Shown one piece after another: positions 24,886 to 37,624 of a DNA stretch of 64,000 bases. The stretch lies in contig NW_027362771.1 in NCBI RefSeq assembly GCF_046119375.1, forward strand, positions 226,424,001 to 226,488,000, read 5' to 3'. Source of the stretch: Phyllobates terribilis (taxonomy: Eukaryota). The translations under genes and the position numbers were made by a program. The notes under the pieces were generated by a model. That model saw only the letters and a list, made by a program, of their open reading frames with translations. It made no database searches and was not told the origin of the DNA. Positions within the stretch are counted from its first letter, which is position 1, and every line of letters begins with the position of its first letter.

Positions 24886-27827
24886 TTAACTCTTTACTTT
24901 ACTTTAATTAAGTTTGGTCATGAAAAGGTCTGATTGACACCTTGTCATCACCAAACAAAAGAGCTGGGTGTCAGCTAGTCCCACTCACCCAATCTTCATT
25001 AGAATTTCTATTCATGTAATTTATGCGGCTGCTGTGAGCTGTTATTTTTAGCCTAGGAAGGTGGCAACTGCAAACATTTTCCCTGGCCATAATTAACATC
25101 TCACAGCTGGTTCATTAGCCGCTACATCCCCAGGAACAGCACTAAGCAGCGCATTGGACACAACATATTTTTATTGCGTCCAAAACGCGATGTTCTAATA
25201 CCGCACTTTTGTTGTCGGTACATGTGAATCTATATAATGACACTTCAAATTGGTCAAAATCTGCAGCGGACACTAGCGTATTCATCTGATCAGCCCTGGT
25301 GACGTAACCACCGTGGGAGCATTCTTGCAAATGTTCCCAGAGTGAGAATCAGCTGACTGCCAGCGTGAGCAATCAGCTGATGGTCATGTGGCCATCAGCT
25401 GATCAGTGACATCACCGAAGGTCCTGGCAGCTCGGTATACTGCGGGGCGCGAGCCGCCGGGGAGAGAACATCGCCGGGGACCAGGAAGACACCGGGGGCA
25501 GCCGGACAGGTGAGTATAAAGGTTTATTTTTCCTTTTTTTTTTTTTTTGACAGTGGGCACGCGGGCTGGGAAGAACAGACTGCTGCTCCTCCCATCCACT
25601 TCACTCTCGCTGTTATCAGCGGGAACGGCGGTCGGATGTGAGGAGTAGCAGTCTCCTCTCCCGACCCGGGTACCACCCGCAGAGCATTTCCGCCGCAATT
25701 TCACACCCATTATCTTTCATTGATACCCAGCAAATCCACAGGTATAAATATTCTACCTGTGGGTTTGCTGCGATTCAATGTAAGTCAATGGGCGCGATAT
25801 CACTGTGGAATCGCGCAATAAATGGTCCTGCGTCGTTTTTTACCACAATGGTAACCTGGAGCGGAAATTTCCGCATCATGTGCACAGCACATCCTGATTA
25901 CCATTGCTATACATGGCGGACCTATTAACAAGTGGTTTTAATGTGTTTCCGCGGCGGAAAAACAGCCGTGGAAACGCATTAAAACCGCATCGTCTGCACA
26001 TAGCTGTACGTGGCAGAATCCAAAATAAGTACACTAACTTTATGCGTAAAAAATAAGCATGCAAAAAAAAAAAACAACGATAAAAGCAATGCCAGAAAAA
26101 CAGCTGAATATGTCTACAGCCAGCGTGATGATGATGATAAAACAAGATGTATGGTAAGAAAACCCTAACATTGGCCTCATATGGATTGAAGTGGCAAGTT
26201 TATTAAAGTATGACAAAATGAAATACTGCTACTTGACTCATTTCTGACTGTTGGGTAGAACTAAGATGTCTAGAAACAAGCAGAGAACCGCAAAGCTAAA
26301 ACAAGCGATAAAGTAGCAATGTCATATTAATCCCTTAGGGACCAGTCCACATTTTTCACATCTGACATGTGTCCCTTTATGTGGCGATAACGCTGGAATG
26401 TTTCAACATATTCCATTGATTTTTAGACTGTTTTCCCTGACACATTGTACTTTATGTTTACTCCTTCACACTGTGGACAATTTCAGTTTTTTTCCATATT
26501 TGTTCTTTCCTCCCCTTCTTCCAAGAGCCATAACTAAACGCTGGCTTTAACAGTACTATCGTAATGACAGGCACGGAGGCCGATGGGCATGTAGAATGAT
26601 GTGCCGCCCTGCTGGCATGTATGTCACAAAGGTGTTAATAGTAAATTTAGGTTGATATTTTTATAAATAAAAGCAAAACATAAAAAAATAGCAATTTTGT
26701 TCTGGTGTGCAGGCTCCTTGGCATCTAGTAGTGCGGGGATAGGTAAAATAGGAGGCAGAGAGGAGTGCAGGAGAAGCACCTAATGTATACCAGCTTCTGC
26801 ACAGGTAGGGAAAGCTTGTGATGTAGCAAAAATCAACCAATGTCAGAAACCCATGCAGCTTTTTCAGGAGATTTCAAGAGGTCTGAAGTGCTTTTCATCA
26901 TGGCTTTTAATGCATTTTTTGAATTGTGATTTTTTTTCCACGTTTTTTTTTTTTTAATTTTGTGATTTGACAGTGTCATGATTGGAAACAATGGAAAGGA
27001 TCAAAATTTTCTTCAGATACTCTTTGGGTATGTTCACAAAGAAGGGAATCCACTTCAGGCCATGTTCTCACGTAGTGTACATGCTTCATGTCAAAATATT
27101 CATTACTGTTTATTGCATTTTTTGGTGATTAACTTACTTTTTATGCAGAAACGCAACTATTTCGATGTTAAAAGCGCAATTACACTTTTGCGGATATTTT
27201 TTCAGGCTCCCCATATAAGTCTATAGGGCAATAACACCAAAAACGCCCAGCACCACAGCATATTTAAACGCACAGTCGGTATGAGCGGTCATGAAATGAC
27301 ATTCACTTTGCTTGAATGTTTAAATGCAGATTTTCTGATTGAAAAAAATTCAGCGCTTATGTTACTTGAGAACATGGCCTCAAAATTGCTTTAAAACTCA
27401 GGAAAAAAATAAGCTGGCACCCCTACAATGGTGTGGTCATCTGCACAAATGATGTGAAAATGTAAGGAGTCTAGTAACAAAGATACAAGAACAGAACTGT
27501 GACCAAAAATTCAGGAGAACATTAATTCCCAATCATTAGCCCTTGTAGACATACCGGTAATTGCCGAACAAATGAGCAAAACGCTTGTTTGGCAAGTGAT
27601 CAGATTGCTTATGCTGGTGTAAAATTGATTTTTCCACGGCAGTACATCACCCCAAGTATACAAGGGAAGAGCTGCTGGCAAAATGATGCTGTGTGGGTTC
27701 AGAACCATAATACTAACAATTGCTCTGTTCCCATTGATTTTCAACAGCCAATGTAAACTGGGCAGTAAACACGTTAGTATATAGGCGCTTTTTAAATGGC
27801 CGAGATCAGGCCCTATAAATGGAAAAA

Positions 27828-28586
27828 AAGGAACCCGTCATTAGATTTATGCTGCCAGAACCACAGGCAGCAGGAATCAGACACCGGCTGCATGATTGAG
27901 GCCAGGTATGCTTTACTCTGAAATGCTCTGGCAAAGGCATAGAGCCGAATCATCGGCGATGGTGGCAGACGCTCCTGACCCATGAAGAGATAAATGCCTC
28001 TCCAAGAATGAAGAGTGCCAGATGAGTGGCGTACACCTCTTTGTGCGTCTCACCCCAGATCCTGCTGGAGTAAGATTTGTGGTGTAGGGAAGTTGATGAG
28101 CGGCGGTCACCACAACCACATCCACTTTGTGGGAGCTAGGCGAAAATGGCGTAAGAACACCAAAAGTTGCACAACTTTAGCGCAGTCCCCAGTTGCACCA
28201 GAATTATGCGACTTTTCATTGCTTTTTACACCAGAATACTAGCATAAAAGCTTTGATGAACTGGGCCCATAGTTTGCAAATCTGGCAGGGGACTATAGGC
28301 AGAGACGTGACTTGCCAGTGAAGCCCCTTGTTGGTTTCTTCCTGCTTCGCTTCAGGTGATTGACAGGTATATCTTGTGTATACATAAGGAAAGACCTGTC
28401 AATCAGCTGGAGCGGAGAGAAGGCGTCCGGAGCGACATTGGACTAGTTAGGTCTGTGCCTACGGACCCCAGACTGGATTTTCAAACTATGTTTCCTCTAA
28501 AAAGCCAGCGCAGCTCAGAGTAAAACCTTTCTGGCTTCAATCACCCAACCTGGTTCTGGCATCATGAATCTGATGGCAGGTTCCTT
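27828..28586. mobile_element. T2-like MITE (probably with a nested insert) whose right TIR starts a tandem array
   Basis: Left end aaggaacccgtcattagatttatgctgccagaacca is the inverted match of right end tggttctggcatcatgaatctgatggcaggttcctt. Confidence 0.7.
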
Positions 28587-30405
28587 GCAGACTATCACTA
28601 TATGAGCTGGTAGATATCGGGTTGGATGTGACAAGTTCCCTGCAGACTATCACTATATGAGCAGGTAGATAGCGGTTGTGGAGATGGCAGGTTCCCTGCA
28701 GACTATCACTATATGAGCAGGTAGATAGCAGGTTGGAGGTGGCAGGTTCCCTGCAGACTATCACTATATGAGCAGGCAGATAGCGGTTGTGGAGATGGCA
28801 GGTTCCCTGCAGACTATCACTATATGAGCAGGTAGATAGCGGGTTGGAGGTGGCAGGTTCCCTGCAGACTATCACTATATGAGCAGGTAGATAGCAGTTG
28901 TGGAGATGGCAGGTTCCCTGCAGACTATCACTATGTGAGCAGGTAGATAGTTGTGGAGGTGGCAGGTTCCCTGCAGACTATCACTATATGAGCAGGTAGA
29001 TAGCAGTTGTGGAGGTGGCAGGTTCCCTGCAGACTATCACTATATGAGCAGGTAGATAGCAGTTGTGGAGACGGCAGGTTCCCTGCAAACTATCACTATA
29101 TGAGCAGGTAGATAGCGGGTTGGAGGTGGCAGGTTCCCTGCAGACTATCACTATATGAGCAGGTAGATAGCAGTTGTGGAGATGGCAGGTTCCCTGCAGA
29201 CTATCACTATGTGAGCAGGTAGATAGTTGTGGAGGTGGCAGGTTCCCTGCAGACTATCACTATATGAGCAGGTAGATAGCAGTTGTGGAGGTGGCAGGTT
29301 CCCTGCAGACTATCACTATGTGAGCAGGTAGATAGCAGTTGTGGAGGTGGTAGGTTCCCTGCAGACTATCACTATGTGAGCAGGTAGATAGCGGGTTGGA
29401 GGTGGCAGGTTCCCTGCAGACTATCACTATGTGAGCAGGTAGATAGCGGGTTGGAGGTGGCAGGTTCCCTGCAGACTATCACTATGTGAGCAGGTAGATA
29501 GAAGTTGTGGAGATGGCAGGTTCCCTGCAGACTATCACTATATGAGCAGGTAGATAGCGGGTTGGAGGTGGCAGGTTCCCTGCAGACTATCACTATGTGA
29601 GCAGGTAGATAGCGGGTTGGAGGTGGCAGGTTCCCTGCAGACTATCACTATATGAGCAGGTAGATAGCAGTTGTGGAGATGGCAGGTTCCCTGCAGACTA
29701 TCACTATGTGAGCAGGTAGATAGTTGTGGAGGTGGTAGGTTCCCTGCAGACTATCACTATGTGAGCAGGTAGATAGCGGGTTGGAGGTGGCAGGTTCCCT
29801 GCAGACTATCACTATGTGAGCAGGTAGATAGCGGGTTGGAGGTGGCAGGTTCCCTGCAGACTATCACTATGTGAGCAGGTAGATAGCAGTTGTGGAGATG
29901 GCAGGTTCCCTGCAGACTATCACTATATGAGCAGGTAGATAGCGGGTTGGAGGTGGCAGGTTCCCTGCAGACTATCACTATATGAGCAGGTAGATAGCAG
30001 TTGTGGAGATGGCAGGTTCCCTGCAGACTATCACTATGTGAGCAGGTAGATAGTTGTGGAGGTGGCAGGTTCCCTGCAGACTATCACTATGTGAGCAGGT
30101 AGATAGCGGGTTGGAGGTGGCAGGTTCCCTGCAGACTATCACTATGTGAGCAGGTAGATAGCAGTTGTGGAGATGGCAGGTTCCCTGCAGACTATCACTA
30201 TGTGAGCAGGTAGTTAGCAGGTTGGAGGTGGCAGGTTCCCTGCAGACTATCACTATGTGAGCAGGTAGATAGCAGGTTGGAGGTGGCAGGTTCCCTGCAG
30301 ACTATCACTATGTGAGCAGGTAGATAGTTGTGGATATGGCAGGTTCCCTGCAGACTATCACTATATGAGCAGGTAGATAGCAGGTTGGAGGTGACAGGTT
30401 CCCTT
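28574..30405. repeat. 53-56-bp minisatellite, about 33 units, in a POT1 intron
   Basis: Unit ggcaggttccctgcagactatcactat(a/g)tgagcaggtagatagc(gggttg/agttgtg)gag(g/a)t. Confidence 0.95.
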
Positions 30406-30684
30406 TCACGACCGTAGAGTGTGGCGCCATGCCAGATATCTGCCATTTGTGCATAAGAGCCACAAGGGACTTCCCTGGGTCATTTACTGGAGCTCACAGC
30501 CCTGTGGGGACACGTGAGGGTGATGGCCATACTGCGGCCACATCTGACCACACGCAGGAGCAGTCATGTGACCGTGCATGGATGGGGGCCTGATAACTTT
30601 ATGGGCGTATACAATGCATGTGGGCGGGGCTTTACTCGGCGCGGATCTCCCATCCTCACTACGTCACTGCTGCGTTGTACATAC

Positions 30685-30799
30685 CTGTCCCTTTACTACG
30701 ATATGGAAGCTTAAAAAACGTCACAACCCCGTACACATTGGCCACCGTGCTCTCCACCAGCTGGTCCAGCGGCGTGTAAGTGTACCTGTGCGCAGGAGC
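30685..30799 (-). CDS. POT1: POT1 coding exon (115 nt, phase 0/1; OB1 start)
   Basis: ttttag|[38 protein letters not shown](G)|gtatgt; human [38 protein letters not shown]. Phase 1 joins the 19981 exon. Confidence 0.96.
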
Positions 30800-30877
30800 C
30801 TAAAACATGAACACAGTGACATCATGTGACCACGTCCAGACAGGTACACACGTGTAGTCTACAGCTCAGACACATAC

Positions 30878-30883
30878 ACACAT
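30878..30883 (-). CDS. POT1: Candidate POT1 start exon coding part (ATG TGT, then gtatgt donor; 78-nt intron)
   Basis: gagaggATGTGT|gtatgt: A at -3, phase-0 donor, immediately downstream of the promoter-like region. The 115-nt exon has an in-frame TAG at its acceptor, so an upstream ATG exon is required. Confidence 0.45.
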
Positions 30884-31060
30884 CCTCTCGGAGCTTCACC
30901 ACTGCAACAAGGACACGTGATCAGCCGTGACAGCGCGCGGTTTTACTCCACAGCGCCCTCGCCGCTCACGTGACCGGAGGGGCGGGGCTTCGGCTCGGGA
31001 GGGCGGGAGGATGTGCTGCGTGAGCTGGCCAGTGCCACCATGCGCCAGTGACAATGTCAC
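30884..31060 (-). promoter_or_regulatory. Putative POT1 promoter (CpG-rich, GC boxes, E-boxes)
   Basis: GGGGCGGGGC at 30979-30988, GGGCGGG at 31001, TCACGTGA at 30966-30973, CACGTG at 30914; unique, CpG-rich sequence just 5' of the first coding exon. Confidence 0.65.
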
Positions 31061-31181
31061 TTTTCCCTATAGTCACACACGGATTATTTTATTTGAAGCT
31101 CTTGGCGTCATGAAGTGTTCATACACTGTCTCTACACTTCTCCTGATCCCTATGAGTTAACCCTTTTATAGAGAGCTTTAA

Positions 31182-32099
31182 GGCTATGTGCCCACGATGC
31201 AGAAATGCTCTGGATTTTTTCCGCATCTCCCTGGCAGAAAAAACGCATGCGGATTGTACATGCGGATTGTACATGCGGATTGTACATGCGTTTTTCCCGC
31301 CAGGTAGAAGCGTTTGTGAAGCGTTCTTCACTTGCACTTCTGCATGCAGGTTATCAAGCGCTTTCCAGGCGATTTTAGCATCACTTGGAAAGTGCTTGAC
31401 AACTTGGTCACACTATATAAATCCATGCAAACAGCATAGATTTATATACTGTGACCAAGTAATAGTTAAAAAACCAATAAAAATGGTAAAAAAAACATTA
31501 TACCCACCTTCCGATGGCCCTCAGTCTCCTTCTCCGGTCTCCCCGGTGTCTCGCGGTGGTGTAAAGGGAGCTTCCATTACGTCATTTAGTCATGTGACAG
31601 GTCACGAGACCGCCAACGTGAGTGGCGGTCTCGTGACCGTCATGTAAGGTCCTTTTACACCATCGCGAGCCACCAGGCAGCCAGGACGCACCATACCGGG
31701 GACCATCAGAGTATAATGTTTTTTTTAATTTTAATTCTTTTTAACTACAGGTACTATCGTACCCAGGTCTGGAGGAGAGTCTCCTCTTCTCCAGACCCAG
31801 GTACCATCCACACATTGAAACGCATAATATCCGCATGTTCACATGTAGTCATGCGGGTATTAAGTGATTCAATGCAAGTCAATGGCGGCAATGACGCTGC
31901 GTGCCCGCAAAATAATTGGTAGTGCTGCTTATTTTTCCGCAACGATAATCCGCAGCAGAAATTTCATCAGCATGTGCACAGCACATGCGGATTATCATGG
32001 GGGACCATGGGGCACGTATTACCAAGCGTTTTTTAAGCGTTTTCACTGCTGAAATTGCGCAGCAAAAACGCTTGAAAAACGGATAGTGGGCACGCAGCT
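31182..32099 (+). mobile_element. PIF/Harbinger-type non-autonomous element (copy 2)
   Basis: taa|ggctatgtgcccac...gtgggcacgcagct|taa. Confidence 0.88.
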
Positions 32100-33224
32100 T
32101 AACATTGATTTAACCCTAAATGTCTGTCTAATGTAATCCAACCGCTTTTCTAATACTTTAATTAGAAAGTTCCCTCACTACACTATCTAACTGCATTCTT
32201 TTTTATTTACTTTCTGTTAGATGACACTTTGCATGAGAGCCCCCAGAGCATGCTGTCATCAGGGGCTGAGGTGGCATCCTCTGTCCCCACCGTGAAACAA
32301 GGTGTCATCAGTGACGTCCTTTTCAGGGACTGAGCTAGTCCCTGCTCTACTGAGCATGCATTAGTTGTCAATTTCAACCTATGCTCAGTAGGATCTTGTC
32401 ACTTTGCAATATACTTTTTCATGCACAATGACAGTGCGCTCCCTAACCAGCTCTGGTGAGAAGTGACAAGTCAGCAAGAGAGCGCACTGTCACTGCACAT
32501 TGTAAGGAGAGAATCCAGCCAGCAGAAAAAGCAGAGACCAGCCCTGCCTGAGAAACAGACATCACTTTCGGAGGCGGGGCTGATCTCTGCTTTTCCTGCT
32601 GGTCGGGTTATTTTCTTGCAATGCACAATGACAGTGCGCTCTCTTGTTGACTTGTCACTGACCATAGAAAGTAATATCGCATAATGACAAGATTCTACTG
32701 AGCTTACATCGGACTTGACAACCAGTGCATGCTCAGTAGAGCAGGGACTAGCCCAGCTCCTGAAAAGGACGTCACGGTTGGCAATTGGTTTCAGGCTTGG
32801 GATAGAGGTTGTGGCAGTGACCACAGCCTCTGCTCCCGGATGACATCTCATTTGAGTATCCAAGCATGCACTGGTGTTTCTCAAACGAAATTTCATCAAG
32901 CAGGAGATTGGTAAATAAAGCAATTCGGTACAGTGAAAAGGGAACGATAGGGAATTTTTCACTAAAGTATCTTAGAAAAACAATTACATTATTACATTAA
33001 ATAGACATTTAGGATTAAATCAGTATTAGTTTCATACTACCCTGTCACCCTCATAACACCCATAGGAGTATGGCTGCAGTATGAATTGTAAATCAGGGCA
33101 ATGGAAAAGAAGAGCTGACCCTCTCTTCCTCCCAATCTCTCCACGTCCCCCCCGCTGTGATGCAGTCACATCCAGCGGTGGATTAAGAGTAGCAAGGGCC
33201 CCGGGCACTTTAGACGGCATGGCT

Positions 33225-33229
33225 CCCCC

Positions 33230-33287
<58 letters not shown>
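33225..33287. repeat. Compound poly-C/(AC)n microsatellite
   Basis: About 22 C followed by an AC run. Confidence 0.95.
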
Positions 33288-33290
<3 letters not shown>

Positions 33291-33504
33291 GCCTGATGTA
33301 TCACATGACTTGTCACATGATCCCCCTTTGATAGATCATGTGATAGTTCATGTGAAATTAATTCTGCACAATATTAATATATTAATTATAATTATTTTTT
33401 TTATATTAATTGTATGACTTAATATTGAGCACAAGTATGCTGACATCCCCCTATGTATGTAGGGTCTCATACTGTATAATTTGAGCTTTCACATAATCCT
33501 CCTA

Positions 33505-34092
33505 TACACAGCAGGAGGCCGCACGGCGCCACCCCCCAGATACAGCAGGAGGCCGCATGGCGCCACCCCCCAGATACAGCAGGAGGCCGCAAGGCGCCAC
33601 CCCCCAGATACAGCAGGAGGCCGCACGGCGCCCCCCCCAGATACAGCAGGAGGCCGCACGGCGCCCCCCCCAGATACAGCAGGAGGCCGCACAGCGCCCC
33701 CCCCAGATACAGCAGGAGGCCGCACGGCGCCCCCCCCAGATACAGCAGGAGGCCGCACGGCGCCCCCCCCAGATACAGCCGGAGGCCGCACGGCGCCCCC
33801 CCCCCCAGATACAGCCGGGGGCCGCACGGCGCCCCCCCCAGATACAGCCGGGATCCGCACGGCGCCCCCCCCAGATACAGCTGGAGGCCGCACGTTGCCC
33901 CCCCCCAGATACAGCCGGAGGCCGCATGGTGCCCCCCCCCAGATACAGCAGGAGGACGCGCGGCACTCCCCACAGACACAGCAGGAGGCCGCGCGGCGCC
34001 CCCCCCAGATACAGCCGGAGGCCGCGCGGCGCCCCCCCCAGATACAGCCGGAGGACGCACGGCGCCCCCCCCAGATACAGCAGGAGGCCGCA
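33505..34092. repeat. About 33-35-bp GC-rich minisatellite (agatacagcaggaggccgcacggcgccccccc), about 17 units
   Basis: Tandem periodicity with a variable C tract; explains the ORFs at 33467-34622. Confidence 0.92.
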
Positions 34093-34146
34093 CACACACA
34101 AACAAACATATACAGACATATACAAAGACAAATACATACACGCATA

Positions 34147-35077
34147 GGCTGCGTGCCCACTGTGCGTTTTTCAAGCGTTTTTGCCACGGAATTTCCGCAG
34201 CAGAAACGCTGAAAAAACGCTTGGTAATACGTGCCCCATGGTCTCCAATGATAATCCGCATCTGCTGTGCACATGCTGCGGAAATTTCCAATGCGGATTA
34301 TCATTGCGGAAAAAAACGCAGCATGTCCATTAATTTTGCGGACAAACGCAGCGTAATTGCCGCCATTGACTTGCATTGAATCGCTTAATATCCGCATGAC
34401 TACATGTGCACATGCGGATATTAAGCGATTCAATGTGCGGATGGTACCCGGGTTTTGAGAAGAGGAGGCTCTCATCCAGTTCCGGATACCATAGTACCTG
34501 TAAAAAAAAGAATTTAAAATAAAAAAAATAAAGATTATACTCACCTTCCGATGGCCCCCGGTCTCCTCAGCGATACGTCCGGTCTGTTGTATGCGTCGCG
34601 GTGGTGTGAAAGGTCCTGCCATGACGTCATTTAGTCATGCGACAGGTCACACGACAGCTGACATCGGCTGTCGCGTGACCTGTCACATGACTAAATGACG
34701 TCATGAAAGGTCCTTTCACACCACCGTGAGCCGCCCAACACACCGGATGCATCGCTGAGGAGACCCGGGGCCATCGGAAGGTAAGTATAATCTTTATTTT
34801 TTACCATTCTTATTCTTTTTTTTAACTATTACTTGGTCACACTATATATGCCGGTTGCATGGATTTATATAGTGTGACCAAGTTGTCAAGCACTTTTCCA
34901 AATGATGCTAAAATCGCTTGGAAAGCGCTTGATAACCCGCATGCGGAAATGCATGCAAAAACGCTTGACAAACGCTTCTACCTGGCAGGAAAAACGCATG
35001 TAAAATCTGCATGCGTTTTTCCTGCCAGGGAGAAGCGGAAAAAATATGCAGCATTTCTGCATCGTGGGCACTTAGCC
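34147..35077 (-). mobile_element. PIF/Harbinger-type non-autonomous element (copy 3, inverted)
   Basis: ata|ggctgcgtgcccac...gtgggcacttagcc|ata; reverse complement of copies 1 and 2. Confidence 0.88.
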
Positions 35078-35785
35078 ATAAACACATTTGAAACACAAAA
35101 ATACATATAAACAGACATATCACTCAATGATATCTGCACACATTGACACATCACTCGCTGTCCCCCTGCTCGGCTCCAGTCGTCCAGCTCCTCTATGGTG
35201 GTAAGAAGCAGTGCAGGGCACACTGCATGACGTCACGCTACCAGACACTGCCGTGCACAGGGCCGTGTCTTCAAGCTGTGATGCGGCCGGGCCAGCACAC
35301 GTGCGCACGCACGATATGCAGATATGCGCACAGACACATGCATACGTACATATCTTATAAACACATAAAACTGTCTTGTCCAGCAGCTCCTCAGGCATGT
35401 CTCAGTGCAGGGCCGCCGGCATGTCACAGACATGGCCCTGGACCATCAGAGGGGCCCACTCGCCGTTGGGACCTGGGCTGCTTCTACAGCATCTGTGTAG
35501 GACCTCTGGCGCTGCTTGATTGCCGGCACTTCACCTGACATGGCCGTGCGCTGTGCGGTTGTGTCTGGTAGTAATGGCGCGGCAGGGGCAATACACAAGC
35601 ACAATTATAGGCGCAGTGTCGCCCCTGCCGTGTCATTAATACCAGACACAGCCGCACAGCTCACGGCCATGTCAGGTGAAGTGCCAGCGGTCCTGCACAG
35701 GGGAAGCAGCCCGGGCCACGACAGCGAGTGAGCCCCTCTGATGGTCCACAAATACATAGATATAGATACACACATATACATACAT

Positions 35786-35791
<6 letters not shown>

Positions 35792-35838
<47 letters not shown>
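35792..35838. repeat. (AT)n microsatellite
   Basis: Perfect AT run. Confidence 0.95.
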
Positions 35839-35843
<5 letters not shown>

Positions 35844-37179
35844 CACACACTGCACATGGACTTACCCTTTCTGTACATGATGCAGGTTCTTCTATCTTCT
35901 CTGTGGGGCAGCCTCCCCTCCTCTTGAGGCCCGACTGCAGAGCTCTGGTGTAATTGCAGGGCAGGATGGGGAGAGCGGAGAGGTAACATTCAGAGCAGAG
36001 GAGGGGCCAGGGAGAGCAGTGGCCATGAAGTAATCTGGCTCTGTGCTCTGCTGGAGGCTGGAGCAGGTGGGCGGAGCCTCCTCTCCTGCACTTACACAGT
36101 CAGTTGCTGGTGAGTCATCCTTGCAGCGCCACCGGACACAGCAGAGCAGATTCCATCTTCCGACTCTCGGGCCCTCCTGTCACACATTATAATGAGGTAA
36201 ATCCGGCCACAGGCCCCTGGGAGCCCCGGGCCCCATGGCAGCCCCGGGCCCCGGGCTGTAGCCCGGATTGACCTCATTATAATCCGCCTATGGTCACATC
36301 CTGTGAGTGGTCAGTATGAATAGTAAACAGCTGGCTGATATGGTGACGCTGTGCAATTAGGTTCTTCCTGACTTCAAACAGCCACACAGAGCATTGGCTC
36401 AGACTAGTCAGAGCCATGTACCAGATATGAATATTAGTTTTTTGGGACAGGCGTAGGTCCTATAGATACGGGATATATATTTTCGGCATTGTGGCACAGT
36501 GCCGAATGAAATGCATTCACTTGCATTACTGTGCGGCCTACCTATTAGCCCCGAATTAATATTGGCCAGATGTATAAATTTGTATATGCCATGTTTCATA
36601 TGTATAGGAAGCTAAAATCATGTTAAGAAATATAGCATTAATATCTCCAGCCTGGGACCTCAAGGGGGGGGGCAGTTATCCTTAAGATTGGAGATCTCAT
36701 AATTTTTGGTACCCGAGCCTGCATCTCATTTACCGGCCCCCATCTGAGGTCACCAGGGGAAGTAGGTGGGAGTGGCTGTTACCTGGTAAAATGAGGTTCT
36801 GACTAAGAACCAATGTTCAGTACTGGGAGATACAGCCTGCTATAAGGACTGTGCCATTTTCTAAATAGAGTGCTCCCCTTCGCAAGATCTGCGCAATTAC
36901 TATGACATCAAGTCTAGTTACTTTCTTTTGTTTAAACCTTTTATTTTTTTATAACTATTGTCTTGTCCCCTTTTTAACATCTTCTGTATATTTTTAAAAG
37001 CACTGCCTAATTGTTGGATTAAATATATAACATTGAATAGCTTTGTTCCTTACTCTATAAACCGCACCTCTAAAGCCTCATGAGGCTCAACATTACCAAT
37101 AACGGGTGTCCAGTCGGCCTGTGATAAACGATTGGTGGTGGCAGCTAGTTTTTCTTTGGTTATTGCAGAGCTTGGTGGT

Positions 37180-37328
37180 NNNNNNNNNNNNNNNNNNNNN
37201 NNNNNNNNNNNNNNNNNNNNNNNNNNNNNNNNNNNNNNNNNNNNNNNNNNNNNNNNNNNNNNNNNNNNNNNNNNNNNNNNNNNNNNNNNNNNNNNNNNNN
37301 NNNNNNNNNNNNNNNNNNNNNNNNNNNN
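37180..37328. other. Assembly gap (149 N)
   Basis: Run of N. Confidence 1.
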
Positions 37329-37624
37329 CTGGACGGTTGCTGGTCAAGGGTGGAATTGGATGTGTACAGTATATACAGTACTATACATTCACTGTGAAAG
37401 CACCTGCCTAGTAGCAATAGTAGCCTTTGCCTCGTCTCTCATCATTCGATTATGTGATTGTCCTGAAAATTGGTGACAGCTATGGAATATCTTCATGATC
37501 TTCCTGACAATTTGGTGGCAGCGGTGAGATTGGCAGTGTCGGTCCTTGACAACTCCTTTAAGGACTGAGTAATTTTTAGTTTTTGCCTTTCGAGTTTTTA
37601 TCTTTCTGTCCACAAGACTTCTAA

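Noticed and set aside
30814-30822. ATGTCACTG (M-S-L, like the human POT1 start) just upstream of the 115-nt exon
   Set aside because: It is 14 nt from the exon, out of frame, with no usable donor; the exon frame has TAG at the acceptor. Treated as coincidence unless RNA shows otherwise.
36600-37179. Possible LTR fragment next to the gap
   Set aside because: Composition is suggestive, but no TG..CA ends, TSD or PBS could be shown, and the gap truncates it.
37093-37476. ORFs spanning the N run
   Set aside because: Artefacts of the assembly gap.
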